A stretch of DNA of 64,000 nucleotides from Octopus vulgaris (taxonomy: Eukaryota): contig OX597817.1 in assembly GCA_951406725.2 (NCBI GenBank), forward strand, positions 37,138,001 to 37,202,000. The letters are read 5' to 3'. Below are positions 27,185 through 40,188 of this stretch, in pieces (the stretch's first letter is position 1; the number at the start of each line of letters is the position of its first letter). A program made the translations under genes and the position numbers. The notes under the pieces are model-generated. The model made no database searches and was not told the DNA's origin. It was given only the letters and a program-made list of their open reading frames with translations.

Positions 27185-29099
27185 ATCCGGAGGCTATATC
27201 TAAGCAATTGCTTATTTTGCCAGTATTTAGTTGTGTCTAGAGTTAGTTGTTGGCTGACACTGATATGTGTACTTCTGTTCCTCAGATGTTATGTTTTGAG
27301 CAGATAAATTACTGTAAGTGCTACTACTCTCTGAACTTTATATGCGTATTCTGTATATTTGAATAAATAAATCAATTTGATTACTTTACATGTTTCTTTA
27401 ACTGTTGTTTATTGTTTTATATGCATAAACGAATGTGCTTGCTGATTGTTTTATTTGCTTGTGTTGTGCGTATGTCTTTGTGTTTGTGCATAATTGTGCT
27501 TATGTATAATATGCAATGTTACGATAACAATCCATCATTTTAATAAAAGCATTGTATTCCAAACTTAGCATTGTATTATCTTTTCTTTAAAGTTATCTTT
27601 TTATATAGATTGCGTCAAGAATATCTATTTACAGGTGGTAATTAAAGCGCTGTAAGCGTTTGTAGTATATCTCTGTGTGTATTACAGCACGAACTGTGTG
27701 ACGCGTACGACTCTTCATTTCTATGCGCTTATGTCTATGTGTATGTAAGAGTGTTCGTGTATGTTCTACAACTGAATGTGAGTGAATTTGGTATGTATCT
27801 ACATAATAAATTGTTATATATCTGTGCACGGCTTTATATAATTTTTCATAGATGATGTGGGTGCCTCTTCGTCAGGTGGCTCTGACCGAGAAACATTTCA
27901 CCGCCTCATTCTAGAAATCTCTGACCCTCATTAACTTTCGTATATTCTGTTTTTCCTCTAGTGCGATAGTCTTCAAAATACAACGTCCACTATGCCGAAA
28001 TGTTCAGTACATTCGCTGTGTTGAACAGCACTTGTAATGATGGGTAGATTATGTCCATAAATTCTGTCTTTGGTCTTGACGTCACGCCATGAGTTGTTTT
28101 CAACTCTCACAAGGAGAGAACTGTGCGTACCTTCAATAATAACAATGTTTAATAACCAGCAAAATAGCTGGAATAAAGTCATGGAAAAAAGACGTATATT
28201 GAAAATAGATAAGGTGAGACGAGATCATTGAGAATTGTAAAAGACAAACACACAGACTCGCAGGTAAATAGACAGGCAAACAGACGTGAGAGAGGTAGGA
28301 ATGGGCATAAAAAGTTCAAAGATTGTGTATGATGTGTACGGAATAAATAACCGAAATTGTAAAACAGTGTGATAGAAATAGATTAAATATACATAAGAAA
28401 GGAGAATATCCGAATAAAGGAACAAGAAAGATTAAACAATGAAGAACGAAAGAAAGAAAAAGCAAACGTAAGACGAAAGACTAAGGAAGATAGAAAAATA
28501 GAGATACATCAAACGCGATAAGGAATGGTATTGAGCTTGTGGCTACGGAAAGATTGTAAAGTAGATGGTCAGAGAGAGAAAGAAGAGTGAGATTGACCTG
28601 AAACTGTAAAGGCCAGGAGAAACCAAATAAGCTAAATGGCTGTTGTTTTGAAAGGGAAGCCATTTTCATGTTGTACCGTTAATTCTGGCACAACTATTTT
28701 CTCGATATATTTTGTGGCATTTTGACCTCAACAACTTCAATATCCCTCTCTCCCCGCTCTCTCTCTCTCTTATCTTTAGTTCCAATTCTTCAATTTCATT
28801 GTCTTTTGTATCCTTTAGTCCTTATGTACTGTATTTGTCACAGTGAATAGTTCTCTCTATCTATGTCCCTCTATTTTCTCTCCTACTACATTGACTCTAT
28901 ATATCTCACTCTCTCTCTCTCTATTTTTCAGCTAAATGTTATCTTTCCATTTCTAATTATTCCTCCTATTGTGTCTTTGCCTATCTATCTATTTATCTAA
29001 AAAATCATCCTCTGATATTTTCTTTCCTTATAGCTCAAAAATTTATTCTATTCGCTTTTCTGTAGCTTTTCCCCATCCTCCCAGTTACTCGTAAACTCC

Positions 29100-29115
29100 C
29101 AACATTTCTCTTTCT

Positions 29116-29209
<94 letters not shown>
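29100..29209. repeat. (TC)n microsatellite
   Basis: Direct inspection. Confidence 0.97.
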
Positions 29210-29213
<4 letters not shown>

Positions 29214-30240
29214 GTACTAATATTTGGCTGTATCCAATTTGCTTATCTAATCTCCGTTTCTAGCTCCTGCTAGATTTACCTTTCTGAGTACCACTCTGTC
29301 GGCTAATACTCTTAATCACTTTCTACCTTATCTAGCAAGCTAGCTATTTTATCTATCATTTCTTTTTGCACATTTCTTTGCTAAATAACTTTTTCTTTTG
29401 TGGAAAAACAACTCTCTATTTTTAAGACAGGTCGAGTTTCAGAAAACCGAATTCTTGTTATCGGCAAACTTCGACATATAGACAGTAATAATCGCAAAAT
29501 ACTTGACCGCAAGCACAAAACCACTTATTATTGACCAACGTTTGAAACGAATCAAGGTACGACTCAGACAAACAAAATGAACGAAAATCGCTTTGCATTA
29601 TTTTCTTCTTAAAGCAAAAATAACTCTGTATAACTCAAACTATGTCTTAAAGTGACTTTACTATTAATACAGGATGTAGGAACACATGTTTTGCTCATCG
29701 CAACATATTTCAACCGGTTCAATTTAATGAATAAGACAGCAAAATTCTCCATAAACAGTAAAAAAAAAAATGGCTAGGATTTTTACGACTGCAACATTAG
29801 ACATTATGATAAATATGGAAAAGTGTTAAAACAACTTCATAAAACGACATCAAGGAATCCATGTGCATTTAACTATTTAACGATGGTGGTATGCCATGTT
29901 TCGGCGAAAGTAACTCGCATGCAGAAGTTACACGGTAAATATTTCGCAAGTACAACGCGGATGTTCATTGGCTGCCATTTCGAACAAAATCTAGACGTGA
30001 ATCAAAGTAATGAATATTTGAATCTTTGTTCAGGTAAACATTGGTTCAGAGAGCTTAATAGTGTAAAAGAACAAACATAGAATTATGTTTGTCTGTGTTT
30101 GTGTGTACATATTACTGTGTGCGTGTGTATGTTTGTATTGGATAATAAACCGAATGGTTTACACGTCGTAGCTTACTGGTAAAGCATGGTCACTTTCACA
30201 GTGATCGTTATGTATATGGCAAATGAAAGACAGAGGATGG

Positions 30241-31688
30241 AATATACGAGAATTTATTGTTAATCAAGACAATTGCTTCGACATGTCTAACATCGATCAC
30301 TCATGGCTGGTACATTCAACAGCTGGTTCAGAAACATCCGGCGGTGGAGATGTGTTTCATCGCGGGATAAATAGATACAACTTGTTACAGTAATAGTTCC
30401 CCGATGTATTTCCTCATTTCGTAGAAAGAAAAGCGACAAAACGAAGGAAATATCTTCATTTGCGTCGAAGATCAAAAATAAAATTACAGATGCAGAAAAG
30501 AAATTAACACACAATACAGCGGGAAAAACTATTAAAAATAACCGTTAACAAATATGGATGTATGAACGCCCTCGCACAAGCTGTATGGCGTGTGTACACT
30601 CATACAAGTATCCGCGAAAATGTAAGCACACGCACACATGTGGTTTGATGCACACATGATCATAAAGCGAGTTAAATAGCATCTTGTTGTTTATAAAAAT
30701 GGGGAGGTTAAAAGTAAACTTGATTCATCCATACCTTAAAGTAAATTATGTTAAAAGTTACTCAAATACATTCCCAATGCATTCTGCGAAAGTACACTTA
30801 TATGCGTGTAGGCATCTTGAGTCTTTCAGAAATTCCATTAATGATCTTCTCATGAGTCCACAGAATGGACTGGAGCAGAGACGGCATCTTCTGAAAATGA
30901 TATTGCATAGTTTCGCGTGCCTTACTATGGGCCACGTTATGCTGTACTTAATTTTATCCTCCTTCAGTCGCTATACAAAATCGGCCAAAGATGTTGAATG
31001 TCTCTTATTGATTGTCTTAAAACTGGCGACATGGTTACTATAATGATTCAGCCGTCTGCCCAGTGTAAACATACGCCCATCCCTTGTGTGCACTGTACAT
31101 TTATATACAAGATTCGTACTCATACAGAGGTTCACCAATGGGCATTTTGCTTTTTCCCTGCATGAGCATTCATCATATTTATTTGTATATAAGTCTGTTT
31201 CCGAATCCATTTCCCGATATGTTTACCGTGTTAGCTGTATCATAAGCATTTCTACTATTATAATTTGGCCGTAATTGATGTTTTTCATTGCGGTTTACAT
31301 CCCTTTTGTTGGTATATAGATGCATAAAATTAGCATGATATCGATTAGATTTAGGAAAACATTTGCCCAAAGCGGCAAACAATTTTCCAGCGATCTTGGT
31401 TCAAACATATTGTAGTGTGTGTTCATTTCTTCCCTGCATCTGTGATTTTATTTTTGATCTTTTATGTAAATGAATATATTTCCTTCGTTTTGCCACTTTT
31501 CTTTCTACGAAATGAGAATATGAATTACAGAATTATTATTTTAACGAGTTGTGTCTATTTATCACCCGACGAAACACATCTGCACCACCGGATGTTTCTG
31601 AACCAGTTATTGAATGTCCCGCCCGTGAGGGATCAATGCTATACGTGTCGAAAGAATTGTTGTGATTAATAATACATTCTCGTATATT
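30241..31688 (-). mobile_element. Penelope-like element, 5'-truncated: GIY-YIG endonuclease fragment between inverted ~280-bp pLTRs
   Basis: Minus strand TKIAGKLFAALGKCFPK, CSCREKAKCPLVNLCMSTNLVYKCTV, YSNHVASF..HSTSLADFV, ITWPIV..RCRLC. 30241-30518 is an inverted copy of 31411-31688 (ORFs 30287- and 31415+ are homologous). Confidence 0.9.
31561..31666 (+). ncRNA. Type I hammerhead ribozyme fold in the pLTR (degenerate, long stem II)
   Basis: ATCAC-CCGACGA-A-ACAC...GTGT-C-GAAA-GAATTG-TT-GTGAT. The other pLTR supplies CAATTG-TC (palindromic stem III, GUC site). Stem I is ATCAC/GTGAT. Confidence 0.6.
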
Positions 31689-32200
31689 GCACGCTCGCAT
31701 ATTCACTCTACTTCTCTTTCTTGGATCTATCTTCAGCTCTGCTTTACTCTCTGTTTCTCTCTCATTTGCACCTTTACATAAACATCGCTATTTACTTCTC
31801 TCTCACTTTTTCTATGTTTCTTTCTTTATCTCATGCTCTTCTCTGTATCTCTTTCTCTGTGGCCCTGTATCTCTCTTTCTCAATTCTCCTATGTTTCTGA
31901 CATTCTCAGAAAATGTCTATTTGAATATTATTCACGTTCTTTTTTATTTTCACACGTTTTCATTCGCCATCGTTTTTTTTCCTTTTCACATACTTTCTTC
32001 ACACACACACACATACACACACACAGAATATTCTGTTGTCCCATTGGCGAGTCATCTCCATTCTTTACATCCACGCCGTCATGACAACCGGAAGAAAGAA
32101 ACAAAAATTTCAGCTAAAATCGCAGACAATGAAAATCTTACAATGAAACAAAGTACACTGTTAACCTCGCAGATAGATCGATTTACTTTAGTTTGCACCA

Positions 32201-32207
32201 TTGTTGC

Positions 32208-32244
<37 letters not shown>

Positions 32245-32299
32245 CTTCTTCTTCTTCTTCTTCTTCTTCTTCTTCTTCTTCTTCTTCTTCTTCTTCTTC
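32201..32299. repeat. Compound (GTT)n(CTT)n microsatellite
   Basis: Direct inspection. It explains the poly-V/poly-L in ORF 31687-32505. Confidence 0.97.
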
Positions 32300-32816
32300 G
32301 GTTAATTTTCTTTTTGTTGTTTAGTGTTGTTTTCGTTCCCGTTTATTTTTTGCTGGCTATGTTGATGCTGTTTGTATTATTATTTAGCCCTAAGCAAAAA
32401 TCTGATAGAAAAGCTGTTCAAAGGCGTTCCCGCCGTGACTATTCCGCAATTAACTCAGATGTATCTTGTCTCAGACTACATATTTTGACGTATTTAACAC
32501 TTTAAGAAACAGTCGGGAGCCATACGAAAAATATTTAGTTACTATTTCTAGCAAGTCAATTGACCACGTAAAAACTTTTCTGTTAGGCTGTTTCTGTTGT
32601 CTGCTTTGTTTTTCTCATTGGTTACTGCTGATGTATTCATTATTCCCTGGTCAAATCTATACGAATCGTATGTCTGGTTAAACAGTACACAAAAAGTTTT
32701 CCACGAAATAGTGAGGCCTACATTAGAGACGTTTATTTTTTTAAATATACAGACGTTATCGAGAACACAGAAATAATACATTTTAACACAGTTCTATATT
32801 TAAGAGATGAGGAATT

Positions 32817-32978
32817 ATGTACCTTATTTGAATTAATTGCGCTATTTACATTTGACTGATAGTTGACCTCATCTTGTTTGTTGTTAACTCAACGCTTCGG
32901 TTGATATATCCTCCAGCCTTCATCAAGTGTCTTGGGGAAATTTCGAACCTGGGTTCTCGTTCCTAAGGTATTTTTTGA

Positions 32979-33047
<69 letters not shown>

Positions 33048-33117
33048 GGCGTAGTGGTTAAGAGCGTGGGCTACTAATACCAAGATTCCGACTTCGATTC
33101 CAGGTAGTGACCTGAAT

Positions 33118-33161
<44 letters not shown>

Positions 33162-33318
33162 CAACATCGAAAAATACCTGAGGAATGAGAACCCAGGTTC
33201 GAAATTTCGCCAAGACACCTGATGAAGGATGGAAGGTATATCAGCCGTATGTTGTGTTAACAACAAACAAGATGAGGACAAGTATCCGTCAAATGTAAAT
33301 AATGTAAATAAAGTACAT
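32817..33318 (+). mobile_element. tRNA-headed, hammerhead-bearing non-coding element with inverted copy of its 3' part at the 5' side
   Basis: A-box TGGCGTAGTGG at 33047, B-box-like CTTCGATTCC at 33092, (AAT)n, then a body whose reverse complement lies at 32817-32980. Confidence 0.8.
33214..33258 (+). ncRNA. Minimal type I hammerhead fold (degenerate); second copy on - strand at 32886-32931
   Basis: + copy: GACAC-CTGATGA-AGGATG...CAGCC-GTAT-GTT-GTGTT. - copy: GACAC-TTGATGA-AGGCTG...CAACC-GAAGC-GTT-GAGTT. An intact GAAAC is inferred, not seen. Confidence 0.65.
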
Positions 33319-33626
33319 TTAAACCCTAAACATGCCAACAAGCAATCCTCTACATTAGTCATTTTCAACCGTGGTTCATATGGCAAGTAAGGGTCCGTAT
33401 AAGGTTTTGGCATTCCATGTAACAAATAGCAAATTGGTTATCCACACAAGTAATTTAAGGGCCTCTAAGAAAGTTTGGCTTTCGATGTATGTATTGTAAG
33501 AAACAGCTAGGTTTTTCTCTCTAACATTTCACATGGTTCAACCTACACATGTCAATGTGTAAGAATTTGGAGAGAAATGTCTATATAGCTAGTTTTTAAC
33601 CATCGAATAGCTATGTATTTCCACCA

Positions 33627-33999
33627 ATGGCCCAGTGGTTAGGGCAGCGGACTCGCGGTCATAGGATCGCGGTTTCGATTCCCAGACCGGGCGTTGTGAG
33701 TGTTTATTGAGCGAAAACACCTAAAAGTTCCACGAGGCTCCGGCAGGGGATGGTGGTGATCCCTGCTGTACTCTTTCACCACAATTTCTCTCACTCTTAC
33801 TTCCTGTTTCTGTTGTACCTGTATTTCAAAGGGCCGGCCTTGTCACTCTCTGTGTCACGCTGAATATCCCCGAGAACTACGTTAAGAGTACACGTGTCTG
33901 TGGAGTGCTCAGCCACTTACACGTTAATTTCACGAGCAGGCTGTTCCGTTGATTCGGATCAACCGGAACCCTCGTCGTCGTAACCGACGAAGTGCTTCA
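33627..33999 (+). mobile_element. tRNA-derived SINE sharing its 5' half with 1603-1912, different 3' half, 10-bp TSD
   Basis: TGGCCCAGTGGTT...GTTTCGATTCCCAGAC...gagcgaaaacacctaaa...ggctccggcaggg. TSD atttccacca at 33617-33626 and 34000-34009. Confidence 0.9.
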
Positions 34000-34344
34000 A
34001 TTTCCACCAGAACAAAATAGTACTCAAAGAGGGACATAGATAAAGAACTAGTAGAAATACAGCCTAATTTTAAGCTCATCAAGTTCCACAGTTTTTAAAA
34101 AGAAAAGTGGTGGTGAGACGAGATGGTCGCAGGCAGAATACTTTTAATCCTGTCTGTGCAGTGAGCTGACCTGAGATTTAACAATTAACATCTTTAACCC
34201 TTAACATTTAACTTAACTACCATTAACTGAAGTTGTCTACAGAAAGTTGGTGTTCAGTAGTGATGAGAATAATGTGGAAGATAAGAGATGATGATAATGA
34301 TGATGATGATGAGAGCGGTTGCTAAGGTAGCAGTGACGATTTCT

Positions 34345-34371
34345 ACTTCGATTCCAGGTAGTGACCTGAAT

Positions 34372-34409
<38 letters not shown>

Positions 34410-34426
34410 CAACAACATCGAAAAAT
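34345..34426 (+). repeat. Local copy of 33091-33175
   Basis: acttcgattccaggtagtgacctgaattat(aat)n aacaacaacatcgaaaaat is identical apart from repeat number. Confidence 0.9.
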
Positions 34427-35011
34427 CTGTGCTGGCAATCATTTTAATGATGAAGAGGATTATGTAGTGTATAAGTACTTTTGGATGTAATTATTACGTA
34501 GTTGGTCATACAAGCAGTAAATGAATAATTTATAAAAGAATAAATTGCGTATAAATATGTGTGTATAGGTTTACGAGAGCACACATATATATATAGAATT
34601 ATTCGTACATATGTGTACATGTTCTTTGGAATATGATTATGTTTGTAGCCTTGTGTGATATGTATCATAGTCATATACAATGGTATTTATGTATGCATGG
34701 ATGTACTTACATCTACGGCTTCATGCTTAATTTGTCTGGAAGTAAAATTGGTAGTTTGAAGGGTTAACTAGTTACTGATGTAGTTATGTGTGTGAATGTG
34801 TGCGAGTGTACGTATACATACATGACTGAAATTATGTATGTTCATACACTGAGATTATATATACGTATGTAAATTATATGTTGGCACACACACACACATA
34901 TATATATATATATTTATATAAATGTGTATAATTTACACACGTATATATAATCTCCGTGTATATATATATATATATATATAGATAGATAGATAGATAGATA
35001 GATATAAATGC

Positions 35012-35081
<70 letters not shown>

Positions 35082-35880
35082 CCCTACATATATGTGTGTG
35101 TATATAAACTGATGAGTAAACCCGCACGAAACGTGTGTCTCGCGTGTATCTACTTGTGTATATAGACACTCTGAAAAGTCATATATTTTTACGAATTGCA
35201 TTATATATGGCTATATGAATACATGTGTGTATTTTCACATATATACACAGTCACACACACCCGAGTGTGTGTGTATGCGTGTGTGTGTGTTGTAATTGCT
35301 GAGATATAGACCACTGTCTGAAAAGCCACATTTCATTCTGGCTTGCGAATGTCTGTCTGGTACAAATCTAAATTTAGTCACTTGTTTTAAGTCTTGCAAG
35401 CGAAAGCAATTTCTTATGAAACTTCATAGAAAACAAAATTGCTTTCTACAGATTTGAATCTCTCTTCCTCTCTCCCTCACACACTCTCGTACACACTAGC
35501 ACACATATACACACCAATATATATATATATGAGAGTGTGTGTGTGTGTACTCACCTGAAGTCTACGGTACACGTATGTGTGCAAGTATTTAGATCACATT
35601 CTCGTACTTCTCAGTCTTTCAACAAATGTGGAACACATGTTTTTTATTAGGCGAGATGCATGAATGTTTTTATGTAAATATTTGTGGATGTACCCGTGCG
35701 CATATACATGAGTGTATCTAGGAGTATGACTGTGTGTCTGCTTGTGTGTACATGTGTACTTTTAAGTAATACGTAATTATACAATTAACCCGATGTCAAA
35801 TTATATGTTCATGTAAATATGTGTCTACATATATGTTTACGTACATGTGTGTGTGAATGTGTGTATTTCTGTGTGCATTG

Positions 35881-35946
<66 letters not shown>

Positions 35947-35948
<2 letters not shown>

Positions 35949-36315
35949 TTTTACTTGTTTCAGTAATTTGACTGCGGCCATGCTGGAGCACCGCCTTTAG
36001 TCGTGCAAATCGACCCCGGGACTTATTCTTTGTAAGCCCAGTACTTATTCTATCGGTCTCTTTTACCGAACACACTAGCATCGGTTGTCAAGCAATGCTA
36101 GGGGGACAAACAGACACACAAACACACACACACATATATATATATACATATATACGACAGGCTTCTTTCAGTTTCCGTCTACCAAATCCACTCACAAGGC
36201 ATTGGTCGGCCCGGGGCTATAGCAGAAGACATTTGTCCAAAGTGCAACGCAGTGGGACTGAACCCGGAACCATGTGGTTGGTAAGCAAGCTACTTACCAC
36301 ACAGCCACTCCTGCG

Positions 36316-36318
<3 letters not shown>
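35947..36318 (-). mobile_element. SINE family B, between (TA)n tracts
   Basis: Matches 23127-23576. Confidence 0.92.
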
Positions 36319-36357
<39 letters not shown>

Positions 36358-36365
36358 AATGTATG

Positions 36366-36533
36366 TATATACCTGGATACAACTCACTCAACAAGAACTC
36401 CCGACTCGAGTGGACCATGATACCACAAAACTTGACATAAAATGATTTAGATAATCCTATCAAGATTTGCTCTTAAGTTACATATGGCCTGGACCAATCT
36501 TTATTCGAAACATATCTAAGCTTATCTAAGTTT
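36366..36533 (+). mobile_element. 3' tip of the CR1 family at 18213-19940
   Basis: Matches 19790-19940 (tacctggatacaactcactcaacaagaactccc...atctaagttt). Confidence 0.9.
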
Positions 36534-36539
36534 AGATAT

Positions 36540-36586
<47 letters not shown>

Positions 36587-36748
36587 TGTATTTGTTTGTA
36601 TATATATGCATGTATTTGTGTGTATATATATGCATGTATTTGTTTGTATATATATGCATGTATTGTGTGTGTATATATATGCATGTATTTGTGTGTATAT
36701 ATATATGAATGTATATGCGTGTATATATATATATATGAATGTATGTGC

Positions 36749-36793
<45 letters not shown>

Positions 36794-37150
36794 TATATGT
36801 TTATGTGTGTGTATATATATGCATGTATATGTGTGTATATATATGCATGTATATGTGTGTATATATATATGCATGTATATGTGTGTATATATATATACAT
36901 GTATATGTGTGTATATATATATGCATGTATATGTGTGTATATATATATGAATGTATGTGCGTGTATATATATATATATGAATATATGTTTATGTGTGTGT
37001 ATTTATACGTATACATTTATAAATATACGTATATGTACGTACATAGGTATGTGTATATATATATATGTGTATATATACATACATGTACATACCTATATAC
37101 GTACATATATATATATATATATATATACATACATGTACATACCTATATAC

Positions 37151-37186
<36 letters not shown>

Positions 37187-37197
37187 ACATATATATA
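36540..37197. repeat. Complex (TA)/(TG) microsatellite with higher-order units (e.g. tatatatgcatgtatttgtgtg)
   Basis: Direct inspection. Source of many spurious YI/CV/HT-rich ORFs. Confidence 0.95.
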
Positions 37198-38213
37198 AAG
37201 GATGCGCGTAAACGCCATACATACATATATTAGACGTATGAATATGAATCTAAATTATACATAAAAGCATGTGTACATATATTCACGCAAACCGTCTCGC
37301 ACGCAAGCTAAAATTCATCTATGTAGCAATTCTCATATACTGAGCAAGGAGGGGGAACGAAAGAACAGGGAAAGAGATGAAAATATGTGAACGAAGGAGG
37401 GGGATGGGGAAAAATTGTAGCGATATTATTGCCATCTATAGCATGGCCAGTATACATACACAAGTTCGGCAACTTGATACATATACATACCAGGTAGTGT
37501 GTATCCATGCTTCAAGCACAAGCATACTTTCACTTACATACACAGATACGCATGCTTACAAATACATATGCTTTTTCTATACACAAACTTATATAAACAT
37601 TCTAAATTTGACTGAACATTGCTTTTTTTTGGCAAAAAAACATTGCTTTTAAAAATGGCGTGCATTAATAAAAATATATACGAAAGACATATCAAAATAA
37701 AATATAACTAATCCTATTTCGGGTCATTTATAAATAATCAAGGTAATATAAATAATCAAGGTAATCTTATGCAATACAATAACATGAAAACAAAGTTTGT
37801 AGGTTTTTCCTAATATATATGTAGCAATAAGACTTTGCTATAGGTCCGTCGTAGCCAAAAGTCAAAATCAAAATCAAAAAATCAAAATACAAAATATATA
37901 CTCTATCCATATGGTATATATTATATTCGACATTTGCGTGTGTGCCTACATATAGTATCATTAATTCACTTCTTTATATCATATATATTATTGTCTTTGA
38001 GTAATATGTGCATTTTTTCTAATATATGCCTGCGTTGAAATTATATTACTGCTACCACTGTGTATTTGAGTACGTATTTTCCACCTATGTGGTTATATGT
38101 ATTTATACGTATGTATATATATATCTGATCCATGTCTATAAATATATATATATATATATGCATGTATATATATATATACATATATAGATATAGCATATTT
38201 ATCTATCTATCTA

Positions 38214-38249
<36 letters not shown>

Positions 38250-38292
38250 GATATAGTATATGTATATATATATATACATATATATATGAATA

Positions 38293-38755
38293 TTTTTAAA
38301 ATCTTAGGAAATCATAAGTATTCCAGGTTATCAGGACATTTACTATCTTACACTTTACGGCAACTAACAACTGAGGCAGGTAGTTTGTTCCATGCTTCAG
38401 CAACACTGTGTACAAAAATGTTTCCGAAAGTCATAGGAAAGTCTGTTTTCTCACTTTCTACTCATGCCCACGTGTGTTAGACACATGGAGTTCAAAATGT
38501 TACTCAAGCTAGTTGTTGGCACGATGGTTGATAATTTTGTGCGTGTTTACCAAGTCAGTTGCCAGACATCGGACCCTCAATATATCTATACCTAGGGAAG
38601 CAATGCGTTCAGAGTATGGTCGATGCCTGATGGAGAGTATTCGCGTGGTTGCACGTCCCTGAACAATTTCGAGGTCAATGTCTTGAACGAGATAGGAATT
38701 CCAAACTGATGCAAATTCCTAGTGTGACCGCACCGTAGCCATAGCTATATACAGC
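38293..38755 (-). mobile_element. CR1/L2-type LINE 3' fragment
   Basis: Minus-strand FVHSVAEAWNKLPASVVSC, with YSERIASL upstream. Confidence 0.8.
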
Positions 38756-39960
38756 GTGGATATGTGCGTGGATATATATATATATATATGTGTGTATGTA
38801 CGTATATATGTGCGTATATGTGTATGTACATATATATGTGCGTATATGTGTATGTACGTATATATGTGCATGTACGTATGTATATCTATGTCTGATCCAT
38901 GTCTATAAAAAAAAATATATATATGCATGTAGATATATATATACATATATAGATATAGTATATGTATTTATATATATATACAATATATATATATAAATTT
39001 TTAAATATCTTAGGTTCATAAGTACTTAATCTATCAGGACATTTACTAAACACAATGTAAGCATAAATATAAATGATAATATACTATTTGGGATATTGAT
39101 AATATAGAACCGCAACTCCTATTTAAAGGATAACCTTATTGATATAAAAACATTGTTTAAAGTAACATATCCAATAAGAATGTTTTTAAGCATTTATTTA
39201 AAAACCTACTATAAAATACAATAAAATTATTTGAAAAAATATTTGAAAAAATATATATAACTTACCTGTTATTAGTCTGTAGGGGAAGAAGACGCTACAC
39301 GTGTTTCTTCCCTTGTAGAGTGTTTATCTAGGCTATACCTAATACATAAATCGACCAGTGCGTCCTCAGGTTATTTATCTTAGTGGTATTATTGTTAACG
39401 GATCAAATTCAAAAATACATATTATAAGTCATATTAAATAGAAAAAATAAGAATATGAATACAAATATAATAAAAATCGTCGGCTATTATAGTAGTATAC
39501 AACAACAATATATAGGTATATAAATTAAATATCAGGTTCTTACTTAATCTAAGGACTGTAATAAAACGTGTAAATAAATATATATGATAATATACCATTA
39601 TATTGGTAATATATAACATCTCTTTTATTTAAAGTTTTTGATATAAAAAAATTGTTTAGAGTAACTAACAAAAGAATGTTTTTATTTATTTAGCTTAACG
39701 GAGGGAGAATTACATAATAGATATGAAGATAAACTTAGAGCTACAATAACTATAACGTATATTACCCATAGATATAGATTTGGCAATAATAATGGATATC
39801 AAAATATTACTAGTTTTTCGAAACAAATGGTTGGCTATTTTGGTTTTCTAATGATTTTTTTATGCTATTATATATTACATTATATTCAGAGTATAGTATG
39901 TAATATTATAATATAAAAAAAATATTGGATTGTCAATTGAATCTTTCTATTCAATTTATT

Positions 39961-40006
<46 letters not shown>

Positions 40007-40011
<5 letters not shown>

Positions 40012-40087
40012 CGGGGTCATAATACTTAATGGCGGTGCCCCAGCATGGCCACAGCTCGTGAGCTGAAATTAGATAAAATAAATAAAT
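40007..40087 (+). mobile_element. Isolated CR1 3' tail related to 21029-21076, inside (TA)n
   Basis: ggcggtgccccagcatggccacagctcgtgagctgaaa followed by an A-rich end. Confidence 0.8.
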
Positions 40088-40091
40088 ATAC

Positions 40092-40188
<97 letters not shown>

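Noticed and set aside
29420-30050. Possible Tc1/mariner transposase relic (DGG..., GCHFEQ); similar hints at 48890-49178 and 53230-53600
   Set aside because: Too decayed to support by eye; no paired TIRs found.
30241-31688. DNA transposon with 280-bp TIRs
   Set aside because: The internal sequence is PLE GIY-YIG, not a DDE transposase, and the repeats hold a hammerhead fold.
31687-32505. 272-aa ORF as a membrane protein
   Set aside because: Open only because of T/C-rich low complexity and (GTT)n(CTT)n; no recognisable domain.
36473-37233. Multiple overlapping 120-200-aa ORFs
   Set aside because: Artefact of a stop-poor (TA)/(TG) repeat.
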